IMG/VR virus record: IMGVR_UViG_3300043409_001318
Coordinates: 96,001 to 160,000 of that record
DNA from: a virus
Length of the DNA stretch: 64,000 bases
Reading direction: 5' to 3' (one strand)
Positions within the stretch are counted from its first letter, which is position 1. Every line of letters starts with the position of its first letter. A program made the position numbers and the translations under genes. The notes below the pieces were generated by a model that was given only the letters and a program-made list of their open reading frames with translations, ran no database searches and was not told the DNA's origin. Below, piece after piece: positions 1 to 10,006 of this stretch.

Positions 1-285
1 AATTGTAGGTATGTAATTTATGAGCATGATCACAAGTATATTATGGGCAGGAACCCAGCAGTTTATAGTAATTTGATTGCTCCTAAAGAACATATAGTTA
101 ATTTTCAATTTTATAAAAATGCAAAACATATTTTTTGTCAGTCTTCTTTACATAAAAATATTATTTACAATAATTTAAAATTAGATAATATTATAAATTT
201 AAGTGGTAATTTATGGTCAATTGACACTCTTAAATTTATAGAAAATATATGTATTAATAATAAAAATAACAAATATGCAATATAA
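1..285 (+). pseudogene. 5'-truncated N-terminal part of a probable GT4-like glycosyltransferase (frame open from base 1), apparently frameshifted from 275..586
   Basis: Frame 1 has no stop from base 1 (NCRYVIYEHDHKYIMGRNP...) to TAA at 283-285; the next ORF starts inside it and carries the catalytic-type motif. Confidence 0.45.
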
Positions 286-586
286 ACATGATTCAATTAT
301 GTTTTGTAAATATAAAAATTATGATTATTCATTGATTAAAGATAATGATCATAATTCTTTTTTACAAAAACTTTCTTTAAATAAAGGGCTAGTGTTTTTT
401 CCCAAAACACCAGAGACATTATCTAGACTTTGTGTTGAAGCTAAAATGTTAAAATTACAGCTAATAACTAATAATAATGTTGGTGCTACACATGAAGAAT
501 GGTTTAATTTAAAAGGAAAAGAATTAATTGATTATTGTTTACAAATGAGATATAATATAAGTAATAAAGTTTTGGAAAATTTATGA
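275..586 (+). CDS. C-terminal part of a GT4-like (GT-B) glycosyltransferase
   Basis: FFPKTPETLSRLCVEAKM resembles the E-x7-E motif of retaining GT-B enzymes; only 103 aa. Confidence 0.55.
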   Translation: MQYKHDSIMFCKYKNYDYSLIKDNDHNSFLQKLSLNKGLVFFPKTPETLSRLCVEAKMLKLQLITNNNVGATHEEWFNLKGKELIDYCLQMRYNISNKVLENL

Positions 587-1296
587 TATCTATAGTTATA
601 CCAAATTATAATACTAAATACGAATATTTCGTTGAATGTATAGACAGTGTAGTTAAGCAAGATTTTAATAATTTTGAAATTATTGTTGTAGATAATGGAA
701 GTGAAGAAATATTATTTAAAAAATATGAAGAATATACAAAAGATATTAAAAATTTAAAATTATTAAGATGTGATAGAATACCAAATAAAAAAAATCTTTC
801 TGTTGCTTTAAACTATGGAATATTAAATTCTAAGTACGATGTTATCGCTAGAATGGACGCTGACGATATTATGTTAAAAGATAGACTTACAAAACAATAT
901 AATTACTTAATAAATAATAAAATTGATATATTAGGTGGTCAATTAGAATATTTAAATAATAGTGGTAGAACAAATCATCCAACAATTATAACTAAAGAAA
1001 TTCCTATTAATTCTATTTGGTTTATTAATCACCCAACCATTATGTTTAGGAAAAACAAAATAATAGAAATAGGGTTATATAAAGAAGAACCAGAATTTAT
1101 TGCTGAAGATTATGAACTTTGGACTAGAAGCTTAAAAAATGATTTAGTAATTCACAATATAAGTGATGTAGTTATTAAATATAGAATTCACGAAGGTAAT
1201 CTAACTTTTAAAGATAAAGCTAATCCCTATTATGAATCACTATTAAATTATATTAGAAAAGGTTATAATCAATATTATATGGAGACAAAAAAATGA
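583..1296 (+). CDS. Glycosyltransferase family 2
   Basis: ISIVIPNYN, IIVVDNGS, ARMDADD (DxD), AEDYELW. Confidence 0.92.
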   Translation: MISIVIPNYNTKYEYFVECIDSVVKQDFNNFEIIVVDNGSEEILFKKYEEYTKDIKNLKLLRCDRIPNKKNLSVALNYGILNSKYDVIARMDADDIMLKDRLTKQYNYLINNKIDILGGQLEYLNNSGRTNHPTIITKEIPINSIWFINHPTIMFRKNKIIEIGLYKEEPEFIAEDYELWTRSLKNDLVIHNISDVVIKYRIHEGNLTFKDKANPYYESLLNYIRKGYNQYYMETKK

Positions 1297-2210
1297 AAAT
1301 TCTTGTAACTGGAGGAGCTGGGTTTATAGGCGGCCATCTAGTAGAAACGCTTTTACAACAAGGACATAGTGTAGTTGTTGTTGACAACGAATCAGCTACT
1401 TCATCTGATAAATTTAATTGGTTTGATAATGCTGAAAATCATAAGGTTGATATATTAGATGATAAGGCTATGGAAGTTATCTTTTCTAAAGGTTTAGATT
1501 ATGTATTCCATCTAGCAGCAGAAACTAAGATACAATTAGCTGTTGAACAACCAGAAAAATGTTTTGATTCAAACATTAATGGAACTGTAAAATTATTAGA
1601 ATTATGCAAAAAATATAAAATAAAAAGAGTAGTTGTTGCTTCGTCTAGTTCAGTTTATGGTACGAATCCAATACCAAATCACGAATTACAGATCCCAGAT
1701 TGTCTAAACCCGTATGCAGCAAGTAAACTATGTGATGAAATTATTTGTAGCACTTATTCTAAAATTTATAATCTTGAAACAATAAGTTTCAGATTCTTTA
1801 ATGTGTTTGGCGAAAGAATGCCAAATCGTGGAGCATATGCACCAGTAATTGCTATTTTTGATAGACAAAAATTAAATAATGAAAGTATGACTATTACTGG
1901 CGATGGAGAGCAAAAAAGAGACTTTGTTTATGTAAAAGACGTAGTAGATGCTTTAATTTGTGGTATGAATACAACTAATAGGAATTGTATTGGACAAACA
2001 TATAATGTCGGAAATGGAACAAATATAAGTATTAATGAAATAGCAAAATTTATGAAAGGTAAATATATCTATATACCAGAAAGAAAAGGTGATGCAAAAG
2101 AAACTTTGGCAGAATTGAACAAAATTAAAAATCATTTAAATTGGACTCCTAAAGTAACTGTGTTATATTGGTTAAAGAAGTTTTGTGAGAATAGATATGA
2201 TAATAGATAA
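1293..2210 (+). CDS. NAD-dependent nucleotide-sugar epimerase/dehydratase (extended SDR)
   Basis: ILVTGGAGFIG, VFHLAA, SSSSVYG, YAASK, RFFNVFG, RDFVYVKDV. Confidence 0.92.
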   Translation: MKILVTGGAGFIGGHLVETLLQQGHSVVVVDNESATSSDKFNWFDNAENHKVDILDDKAMEVIFSKGLDYVFHLAAETKIQLAVEQPEKCFDSNINGTVKLLELCKKYKIKRVVVASSSSVYGTNPIPNHELQIPDCLNPYAASKLCDEIICSTYSKIYNLETISFRFFNVFGERMPNRGAYAPVIAIFDRQKLNNESMTITGDGEQKRDFVYVKDVVDALICGMNTTNRNCIGQTYNVGNGTNISINEIAKFMKGKYIYIPERKGDAKETLAELNKIKNHLNWTPKVTVLYWLKKFCENRYDNR

Positions 2211-2751
2211 TAATACTGGTATATGGTTAAATAATTCACTAGAAGGTCACGGATATGACACTTCCTTATCTAATGCCTTGGTACAAATTTTAAAAAAAAA
2301 TAACATTACAGATGTATACGATTTTGGTTGTGGTCATGGATTATACACAAGAAATTTATTAATTAATAAAATTAATTGTGAAGGATATGACGGAAATCCA
2401 AACACAAAACAAATAACGGATAATATTTGTAATGTTTTAGATTTATCAAAACCATTTGAGTTACAAAAAAAAGAATATGTAATAACTTTAGAAGTTGGAG
2501 AACATATTCCTAAATCATATGAAGAAACTTTTATTAATAATATTCACAACCATAATACAAAAGGTATTATTTTATCTTGGGCTATTGTTGGACAGGGTGG
2601 AGACGGTCATATAAATTGTCAAAATAATGATTATATTAAACATATATTTCATGATTTAGGATATAAAAATAATTTAGAAGATGAAAATTATTTAAGATTT
2701 AATTCATCTTTTTCTTGGTTCAGAAATACTATTATGGTTTTTGAAAAATGA
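2197..2751 (+). CDS. Class I SAM-dependent methyltransferase
   Basis: VYDFGCGHGLY motif I, LEVGEHIP; ATG at 2197 preferred over GTG at 2185. Confidence 0.8.
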   Translation: MIIDNNTGIWLNNSLEGHGYDTSLSNALVQILKKNNITDVYDFGCGHGLYTRNLLINKINCEGYDGNPNTKQITDNICNVLDLSKPFELQKKEYVITLEVGEHIPKSYEETFINNIHNHNTKGIILSWAIVGQGGDGHINCQNNDYIKHIFHDLGYKNNLEDENYLRFNSSFSWFRNTIMVFEK

Positions 2752-3632
2752 TAACAAATATTACTATAGGCCATAACGGAAGACTTGGAAATCAAATTTT
2801 TCAATATGCCATGCTCAAGGTAATATCGTTAGAACATGGGTATAATATTATACTGCCAAAAGAAAATTCACAAAATATAACAAATGGTAGATTCAATCCA
2901 TCAATTAATACTATAGATAAATATAAGTTAGATTTATATGATTGCTTTAATATTAAAGATAATTTAGATATTAAAGAAAATATTATAAAAAATATAAAAT
3001 TTAAGTATAATGAAAATGCCACTATGAAGTTAGACGAACAGCTAATCAGTAAGGCCGTAGATAATACAAATTATAATGGGTTTTTTCAGTGTATTCAATA
3101 TTATGAAAAATATCAGAAAGAATTAAAAGATTGTTTAAAATTTAATTATAGTGTTGAACAATTTTCTAATTTATATATTGAAAAGATAAAAAAATATTAT
3201 AATATTGAAGAATTAGTAACAATACACATAAGAAGAGGAGATTTAGCAGGAGATCAAGGAAAATATCAAGTTTTATTATCTGTTGAATATTATAAAAAGT
3301 TAATAAACAAATTATCTAATGATAAAAATAAATTTTTAATTCTATCTGATGATTTAGAATGGTGTAAAAATAACTTTATTGAAAATAATATTATTTTTTG
3401 TGAATATAAAACTCCTGTAATACAGCCTCACATAATTGATTTTGCTATCTTATCTAAGGGAGATAAAATTATTATGTCTTCTAGTTCTTTTAGTTGGTGG
3501 GCTGCTTTTTTAAGTAAAGCAAGTGAAATTTACTGTCCAAATAGATGGTATGGAACTGAATATTCTAATTTTAGTGAAGAAAATGTTAGACATTCAAACT
3601 GGATAAAAATTCAATATGAAGGGTTACCATGA
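2748..3632 (+). CDS. GT11 alpha-1,2-fucosyltransferase-like glycosyltransferase
   Basis: GRLGNQIFQY, IHIRRGD, SSSFSWWAAFLS motifs typical of GT11. Confidence 0.88.
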   Translation: MITNITIGHNGRLGNQIFQYAMLKVISLEHGYNIILPKENSQNITNGRFNPSINTIDKYKLDLYDCFNIKDNLDIKENIIKNIKFKYNENATMKLDEQLISKAVDNTNYNGFFQCIQYYEKYQKELKDCLKFNYSVEQFSNLYIEKIKKYYNIEELVTIHIRRGDLAGDQGKYQVLLSVEYYKKLINKLSNDKNKFLILSDDLEWCKNNFIENNIIFCEYKTPVIQPHIIDFAILSKGDKIIMSSSSFSWWAAFLSKASEIYCPNRWYGTEYSNFSEENVRHSNWIKIQYEGLP

Positions 3633-4585
3633 TAATTGCTAAATGTCCGCTAAGGATATCGTTAGTTGGTGGCTCAACAGACACACAAGATTTTATAGAT
3701 AAATACGGCATAGGCTCAGTAGTAAGTTTTACACCAAATTTATACACATTTGTCACTATTCATAATAGTAATATTAAAAAATATATAATAAATTATTCAA
3801 AAAAAGAAGTAACAGATTCAATAGATGAAATACAAAACGATATAGTTAGAGAATGTTTAAAATATTTCAAAACAAATTTTTGTACAATAACCTTTAATAG
3901 TAGTATTTTGTCTAGTGGTTCTGGTCTTGCTTCTTCTAGTTCGTACACTATTAGTATGATTAAAGCATTAAGTATTTATCACAGTGTTGATATGACCGAT
4001 ATTGAAATTTGTAATCTAGCTTTTGAGATAGAAAAAATATTTAATCCTTTAACTGGTATGCAAGATATATATGGTTGTGGAATCGGAGGTTTTAAAAGAA
4101 TAGTTTTTGAGAAAAAAAGTCCACCTTCTTTTAAATTTTTAGATTCTTCTTTTATAACAAATAATTGTGAAATGTATTTGTTAAATACAAATGTTATAAG
4201 AAATTCTACTGATATTTTAAAAACTCTAGATGTAGATAAATCATATCCATTATTAGAGTTGGTTGAAAAGTTTGAAAATTATATTTGTGATAAAGATACT
4301 GATCAATTTTTTAACTTATTTAATGATGGTTGGAAAATTAAAAAAACAACATCAAAAGATATATTAAATAATGAAAACATATTTTTAATAGATAAAACAC
4401 TACAATATTTAAAATATGTAAAAGGATATAAACTTTGTGGCGCAGGAGGCGGCGGGTATTTTTTAATTTTTGTTAATAAACAAAATAAAAAAGAATTTGA
4501 AGAGAATATATCTTGCAAACTAGCAAACAATCAGTTAATTAACATAAACATAGATACACATGGTATTAAAGGATTTAAAGTATGA
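3629..4585 (+). CDS. hddA: GHMP kinase, D-glycero-D-manno-heptose-7-phosphate kinase-like
   Basis: PLRISLVGGSTD, GSGLASSSS, GMQD, KLCGAGGGGY; adjacent to an SIS isomerase. Confidence 0.82.
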   Translation: MIIAKCPLRISLVGGSTDTQDFIDKYGIGSVVSFTPNLYTFVTIHNSNIKKYIINYSKKEVTDSIDEIQNDIVRECLKYFKTNFCTITFNSSILSSGSGLASSSSYTISMIKALSIYHSVDMTDIEICNLAFEIEKIFNPLTGMQDIYGCGIGGFKRIVFEKKSPPSFKFLDSSFITNNCEMYLLNTNVIRNSTDILKTLDVDKSYPLLELVEKFENYICDKDTDQFFNLFNDGWKIKKTTSKDILNNENIFLIDKTLQYLKYVKGYKLCGAGGGGYFLIFVNKQNKKEFEENISCKLANNQLININIDTHGIKGFKV

Positions 4586-5088
4586 ATGAACAAACTATAA
4601 TAAATGAAGTCAATAAATGTTTTGAATATAAAAATGAGTTACAAAATTTAATAGATAAACATAACAATATTATCATTCTTGGTAATGGTGGAAGTAGTGC
4701 TATAGCAAGTCATATTTCCCAAGATTATACAAAGAAATTAAATAAAAAATCTTTTACATTCTCTGACTCGTCTAGATTAACTTGTTATTCAAATGATTAT
4801 GGATATGAAAATGCATATAGACAATTTTTAAAAGAATTTGTTGAAACAGATAGAGAAACATTAGTTATTTTAATTTCTTCATCTGGTAATTCACCAAATA
4901 TTATTAAATGTGCCGAATTTTGTAACGAAAATGATAAGATAGAAATTGTTACTCTGACTGGTTTTGATAAAAGCAATAAACTGAATAATCTAGATATTAA
5001 AAATAGAAAAATTAATTATTGGGTTGATTCTAATGATTATGGAATTGTAGAGTGTGTTCATATGATTTTTTTGCACATGGTTGCTTAA
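4582..5088 (+). CDS. gmhA: SIS-domain phosphoheptose isomerase-like protein
   Basis: ILGNGGSSAIASH, ISSSGNSPNII, LTGFD, YGIVECVH. Confidence 0.82.
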   Translation: MNEQTIINEVNKCFEYKNELQNLIDKHNNIIILGNGGSSAIASHISQDYTKKLNKKSFTFSDSSRLTCYSNDYGYENAYRQFLKEFVETDRETLVILISSSGNSPNIIKCAEFCNENDKIEIVTLTGFDKSNKLNNLDIKNRKINYWVDSNDYGIVECVHMIFLHMVA

Positions 5089-5523
5089 ATGATAAGAGGT
5101 GTAATAGCTGGCTCATTTGACATAATACATCCCGGTTATATTAATATGTTAAAACAAGCAAAATTGGTATGTGATCATTTGACTATTGCTTTACATGAAC
5201 AGCCAAATTTTGAAAGAAATAATAAAATGCTATGTATTCTAACTTTAGAAGAAAGAAAAGATATTTTATATAGTATTAAATACGTTGATAATATTGTTGA
5301 ATATAAAACTGAAACTGAGTTATTAACATTATTGAAAATAAATAATTTTGATGTTAGAATCTTAGGTGATGATTATCTTAATAAATATATAACAGGTAAA
5401 GATTTGTGCAACAAAACTACGTTTGTTGATAGAAGCCATAATTGGTCAACAACAAAATTTAAAAAATTGATATATGAAAACTATAAGGATTTTTATGAAA
5501 AAAATATTATTAACTCTGTGTGA
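5089..5523 (+). CDS. Cytidylyltransferase-like nucleotidyltransferase (TagD/RfaE domain II fold)
   Basis: GSFDIIHPGY (HxGH variant), EERKDIL, GDDY, RSHNWSTT. Confidence 0.82.
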   Translation: MIRGVIAGSFDIIHPGYINMLKQAKLVCDHLTIALHEQPNFERNNKMLCILTLEERKDILYSIKYVDNIVEYKTETELLTLLKINNFDVRILGDDYLNKYITGKDLCNKTTFVDRSHNWSTTKFKKLIYENYKDFYEKNIINSV

Positions 5524-6160
5524 TGGCATTTATGAACAAAACAGACAAATTCTTAATTCTATTGGTAAAACAAATGGATGTGAAGAAATTTCATTAAAGT
5601 TTACTCATTTAGATACAAATTTTACTGATCAAGTAAAAAATATTTTAACTATAAAACGTGGATTAGGATTGTGTGTTTGGAAACCATACATTATTCTAAA
5701 CGCTCTTGACAACATAGATGAAAACGACTACGTTATTTATGTAGATTCTGCGGATATGGTTCATCCAGAAATCTTTAACTATATAAATAATAAAATTAAA
5801 GAAAACAATATTTTACTTGTTCCTTCTCCAAATAGAAACTTACAAAAACATTTTACTAAAAGAGACTGTTTTGTTATGATGAATTGTGACGATGAAAAAT
5901 ATTGGAATTCAACTCAAATTGAAGCTGGTTTAGTTGTGGCTAAAAAAACTGAAACTACTATAAAAATTTTAGAAGAATGGTTATATTTTTGTAAAAATGA
6001 AAACATAATTACTGATATTCCTAATATTTGTGGACTTGATAACCTACCAAATTTTGTTACGCATAGACACGATCAAAGTATTATGTCTAATTTAGCTACT
6101 AAATATAACTTATTAGTCGATCCAACTCTTCTTAATTATATAAGACATAATGTGGTGTAA
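5495..6160 (+). CDS. Putative nucleotide-diphospho-sugar transferase-like protein
   Basis: WKPYII, YVDSAD, HRHDQSIMS; island context; ATG 5495 follows AAGGA. Confidence 0.5.
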   Translation: MKKILLTLCDGIYEQNRQILNSIGKTNGCEEISLKFTHLDTNFTDQVKNILTIKRGLGLCVWKPYIILNALDNIDENDYVIYVDSADMVHPEIFNYINNKIKENNILLVPSPNRNLQKHFTKRDCFVMMNCDDEKYWNSTQIEAGLVVAKKTETTIKILEEWLYFCKNENIITDIPNICGLDNLPNFVTHRHDQSIMSNLATKYNLLVDPTLLNYIRHNVV

Positions 6161-6162
6161 TT

Positions 6163-6975
6163 ATGTTTAGTATTATTTTAACTGTACATAATAAAGATTA
6201 TTTAATAAATGAAGTATTAACAAGAATAAAAACAAATACTATTGGTGTTTATGAAATAAATGTTGTAGTTGATGGTTGCACAGATAATTCTGAACATTTA
6301 ATAGATAATTTTATAAAACAAAATAAAAATATTAAAATAAATAAGTTTATTACCGATGATGTATTTGAAACAAAAGCAAACAATGTTGGTCTTAAAAATA
6401 GTAGTGGTGATTATTGTATTATTGTTCAAGACGATATGTTAATAAACGAAATAGATTGGAATAATAGACTGTTAAAACCAATAAAAGAATATTCTGATAT
6501 TTATGCCGTAACGGGAAGACATTCACATAATTGGGTTTATAATAAGAATTCTGTGCATCAATACTTAAAAGAAGACTTAGATAACTGTTGGTGTGATATA
6601 TTATTAGCAACCGATGTTGCTGGTAAAGAAAACATAAACAGAGATACATTTGCTATTAGAGATACAGTTAATCGAGGACCATTACTTATTAGGCATGATA
6701 TACTACAAAAAGTAAATTATTTAGACGAATATTTTGCTCCACAAGATATGGATGATCATGATTTATCTTATCGTGTTTATAAACAAACAGGTTTAATGGC
6801 TGGTTGTTATTGGCTAGATATTATTAGCGAACATTCTTGGGGTGGAACGAGAGTAAACGGAGGACCAGCTCCTTGGTTATTAAAATCACAGCACAAAAAT
6901 ATGAAAATTGTTTGGGATAGACATAGAGATTTAATTGTTGGTACAAAGCATAATGAAAATAGGAGATTAATTTAA
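6163..6975 (+). CDS. Glycosyltransferase family 2
   Basis: FSIILTVHN, VVVDGCTD, IVQDD, DMDDHDLSYR. Confidence 0.85.
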   Translation: MFSIILTVHNKDYLINEVLTRIKTNTIGVYEINVVVDGCTDNSEHLIDNFIKQNKNIKINKFITDDVFETKANNVGLKNSSGDYCIIVQDDMLINEIDWNNRLLKPIKEYSDIYAVTGRHSHNWVYNKNSVHQYLKEDLDNCWCDILLATDVAGKENINRDTFAIRDTVNRGPLLIRHDILQKVNYLDEYFAPQDMDDHDLSYRVYKQTGLMAGCYWLDIISEHSWGGTRVNGGPAPWLLKSQHKNMKIVWDRHRDLIVGTKHNENRRLI

Positions 6976-7004
6976 TGTCTAATAAGATAGAGGTAGGTGA
7001 ATAA
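6975..7004 (+). other. 9-codon mini-ORF (MSNKIEVGE), possible gene-deletion scar or translational coupler
   Basis: AGGAG at 6961-6965, TAATG overlap upstream, TAA abutting the next ATG at 7005. Confidence 0.35.
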
Positions 7005-7643
7005 ATGTTTTTTACTTTTAAAGATTGTAAAGATAATAATAATATAAATTTTAAAAATATACTTCATATAGGCGCACATTATGGAGAAGAAATAGAAGAA
7101 TATTCTTCTTGTGGTGTTGAATCTGTTTGTTGGTTTGAAGCTAATTCAAATTTTTCTGAAAAGTTAAAAGAAAATACAAAAAATTATACTCATATTGAAC
7201 AACAGTATTACTTTGATGCGTTATCAGATATTCACGGCGAAGAAGTACAGTTTAATGTTACAAACAACGGCCAATCTAGCTCTTTGTTAGAACTTGGAAC
7301 ACATCTTGAACATTGCCCAAACATACAAGTTGTAGATAAGATACAGCTAAAAACTAAAAGATTAGATTCGTTTATTGATGAAATAAATTTTAGTAAGTTT
7401 GATTTTTTGACTCTTGATGTACAAGGAGCAGAACTAAAAGTGCTAAAAGGTTTTGGAGATATATTAAACATATATAAAAATATAAAAGGAATATACACTG
7501 AAATTAATTTTGAGCAAGTTTATGTTGGAGCAGCACATTTTGATGAATTAGACAAATATTTAAAATCTTTTGGTTTTGAAAGAAATAGATATTATAAATT
7601 TGATGCTGCTCCTTGGGGTGATGCTTTTTACTATAGAAATTAA
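7005..7643 (+). CDS. FkbM-family methyltransferase
   Basis: ILHIGAHYGEE, WFEAN, LTLDVQGAELKVLKG, YTEINF. Confidence 0.88.
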   Translation: MFFTFKDCKDNNNINFKNILHIGAHYGEEIEEYSSCGVESVCWFEANSNFSEKLKENTKNYTHIEQQYYFDALSDIHGEEVQFNVTNNGQSSSLLELGTHLEHCPNIQVVDKIQLKTKRLDSFIDEINFSKFDFLTLDVQGAELKVLKGFGDILNIYKNIKGIYTEINFEQVYVGAAHFDELDKYLKSFGFERNRYYKFDAAPWGDAFYYRN

Positions 7644-7653
7644 AGGAGATATT

Positions 7654-8286
7654 ATGATTGATTTATTAACTTTTAGAAAAAATATATATTCTGCTGAAGG
7701 TGAAGATGGAATTTTAGAAGAAATTTTTAATATTTTAAATATTAAAAATGGTTTTTTTTGTGAATTTGGAGCTTGGGATGGCATTGTTGGTAGTAATACA
7801 AGAGCATTTTTAGAAAAAAAATGGAAGGGCGTATATATTGAATCAGATTATTATAAATTTTTAGAATGTCAAAAAAATACAAAAAATTATAATGACAATG
7901 TTATTTGCATAAATAGTTCTGTAAGTCATGAAAAAGAAAGTTCTAAACTAGATTACTTACTAAAAGATACATATTTACCAGAAGATTTTGATTTATTATC
8001 AATTGATATTGATAGTAGTGATTATCAAGTTTGGGAATCTTTAGAAAATTATAAACCAAAATTAGTAATTATTGAAATTGACTCGGGACACGATGAAAAT
8101 GCAGAATCAATTTATAATTTTAATAATAAAACAACTAGCTTCAAATCCATGTTACAGTTAGCAACCAAAAAGGGTTATAAACTACTGTGTTCAACTGGAA
8201 ATATGTTTTTCATTAGAAATGATATTGACTTTCCAGAAGTTAAAGCGTATCATCAAGGTATGGATTATTATAAATGGAGATCATAA
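7654..8286 (+). CDS. FkbM-like methyltransferase
   Basis: YSAEGEDGIL, FCEFGAWDG, LLSIDIDSSDY; ATG 7654 after AAGGAG. Confidence 0.75.
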   Translation: MIDLLTFRKNIYSAEGEDGILEEIFNILNIKNGFFCEFGAWDGIVGSNTRAFLEKKWKGVYIESDYYKFLECQKNTKNYNDNVICINSSVSHEKESSKLDYLLKDTYLPEDFDLLSIDIDSSDYQVWESLENYKPKLVIIEIDSGHDENAESIYNFNNKTTSFKSMLQLATKKGYKLLCSTGNMFFIRNDIDFPEVKAYHQGMDYYKWRS

Positions 8287-8601
8287 ATGATATATGTTTT
8301 TGATTTAGATCATACTTTGTGTGATACTAAGAAAAAAGATGATGGAAATTGGGATTATTTGAACAGTACACCTTATCAAGACAGAATTCAGAAAGTGAAT
8401 AAATTATTTGATGATGGTAATAAAATTATAGTAGAAACAGCTAGAGGAAATAGCTCTAAAATTAATTGGTATATTAATACACATAACCAGTTAGTGTCTT
8501 GGGGTCTTAAGTTTCATGAACTTAGAACTGGTGTAAAATATGGAGCAGATTTTTACATAGATGATAAAGCAATAAATTCTGAACACTTTTTTAGAGGTTG
8601 A
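8287..8601 (+). CDS. Minimal HAD-superfamily phosphatase-like protein (type seen in capsule clusters)
   Basis: YVFDLDHTLC (DxD motif I), ETARG, YIDDK. Confidence 0.72.
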   Translation: MIYVFDLDHTLCDTKKKDDGNWDYLNSTPYQDRIQKVNKLFDDGNKIIVETARGNSSKINWYINTHNQLVSWGLKFHELRTGVKYGADFYIDDKAINSEHFFRG

Positions 8602-8602
8602 T

Positions 8603-9958
8603 GTGAGTAGTTATAATAACATAATTAAAAAAATGCCTAACCAAATTAAAAAATTATATTATGATTTGGTTCCTTTTGACAAAAGATATGGATATGAGTT
8701 TACAAAAGCATATAATTTCTTAATGCAATCTAAAGAATGGGACACCTCTAAATTATTAGAATATCAAAATAATGAATTAATGAAATTGTTAGAACATTCT
8801 TATAATAATGTTCCATATTATAAGAATCTTTTTGATTCTCATAACATTAAATTAAAATCAATACAAAATACAACTGATTTAAAAGCTATACCAATTTTGA
8901 CAAAAGATATTATAAGAAATAATTTAAAAAATTTAAAAGCAAAAAATTTACTAAATGAAAAAGTATATGAGTTTAAAACTAGTGGTTCAACTGGTAATAA
9001 ATTAATTTTTTATGGTATGGATGATATATACAAAAAAGAAGCAGCTTTTATTCTTAGGGCGTATAAGATGCATGGTGCTACACTATACGATAAACCAAGC
9101 GTATGGCTCAGAAGATTTGTTCCTAAAACAGAAAAAGATCAATTATGGTATTATGATTATGAATTAAAAAGATTATATATGTCTGCTTATCATATGAACC
9201 CAGATACTATTAAAAATTATATTGATGAAATAAATTCTAAAAATTATCATACTTTAGTTGCGTATCCCTCAAGTGCATATATTTTAGCTTGTCTTTGTGA
9301 AGAACAAAATTTAAAATTAACAACAATTAAAAAAATTCATGTAACTTCTGAAACTATGCTCGACCAGTGGAGAGAAAAAATAAAACAAGTATTTAATATA
9401 ACTCCTGTAGCGCATTATGGAGCAATAGAAAAAGTTTCATTTATGCATCAATTGGAAGATAGTACAAAATACTACAATAATTTAGAATATGGTGTTACTG
9501 AATTTATAGAAAACAATAATGAGCATGAGATTGTTGCAACTGGGTTCTTAAATTATTATATGCCATTTATAAGATATAAAACTGAAGATACTGTACAGAT
9601 CAATAAGAATCTTGAATCTTGCACTTTACCAGATAGTATTTTAAATGTTTATGGCAGAACAAGTGACATATTGATATCAAAAAACAATTCAAGACTTCCC
9701 GGCGTTAACTTTTATAGTTGGATTGATAAGTCTGTTAGTGGTGTAAAAATGTTTCAGATTATTCAAAAATCTAGAGAAAATATTGTATTTAATTTTGTTA
9801 CAAGTGATAAATATACTGATAATACAATTAATGATATTAAATCTGGTCTTACTGCAAGATTGGGTGATTTAAATTTTAAAATAAATAAAGTATCAGAAAT
9901 TAAAAGAAACGATAATAGTGGTAAAATAAGATGTATTATAAATTTAATACAAGATTAA
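8603..9958 (+). CDS. CapK/phenylacetate-CoA ligase-like adenylate-forming enzyme
   Basis: NVPYY, IPILTK, TSGSTG P-loop, HYGAIE, PFIRYKTED, SGKIR; GTG start. Confidence 0.8.
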   Translation: MSSYNNIIKKMPNQIKKLYYDLVPFDKRYGYEFTKAYNFLMQSKEWDTSKLLEYQNNELMKLLEHSYNNVPYYKNLFDSHNIKLKSIQNTTDLKAIPILTKDIIRNNLKNLKAKNLLNEKVYEFKTSGSTGNKLIFYGMDDIYKKEAAFILRAYKMHGATLYDKPSVWLRRFVPKTEKDQLWYYDYELKRLYMSAYHMNPDTIKNYIDEINSKNYHTLVAYPSSAYILACLCEEQNLKLTTIKKIHVTSETMLDQWREKIKQVFNITPVAHYGAIEKVSFMHQLEDSTKYYNNLEYGVTEFIENNNEHEIVATGFLNYYMPFIRYKTEDTVQINKNLESCTLPDSILNVYGRTSDILISKNNSRLPGVNFYSWIDKSVSGVKMFQIIQKSRENIVFNFVTSDKYTDNTINDIKSGLTARLGDLNFKINKVSEIKRNDNSGKIRCIINLIQD

Positions 9959-9961
9959 ATC

Positions 9962-9990
9962 TTGACAAAAATAGTTTAATATTATAAATT
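9962..9990 (+). promoter_or_regulatory. Sigma70-type promoter
   Basis: TTGACA (9962-9967), 17 nt spacer, TAAATT (9985-9990) in the gap before the dehydrogenase. Confidence 0.6.
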
Positions 9991-10006
9991 AACGTGGGAT
10001 TATAAA

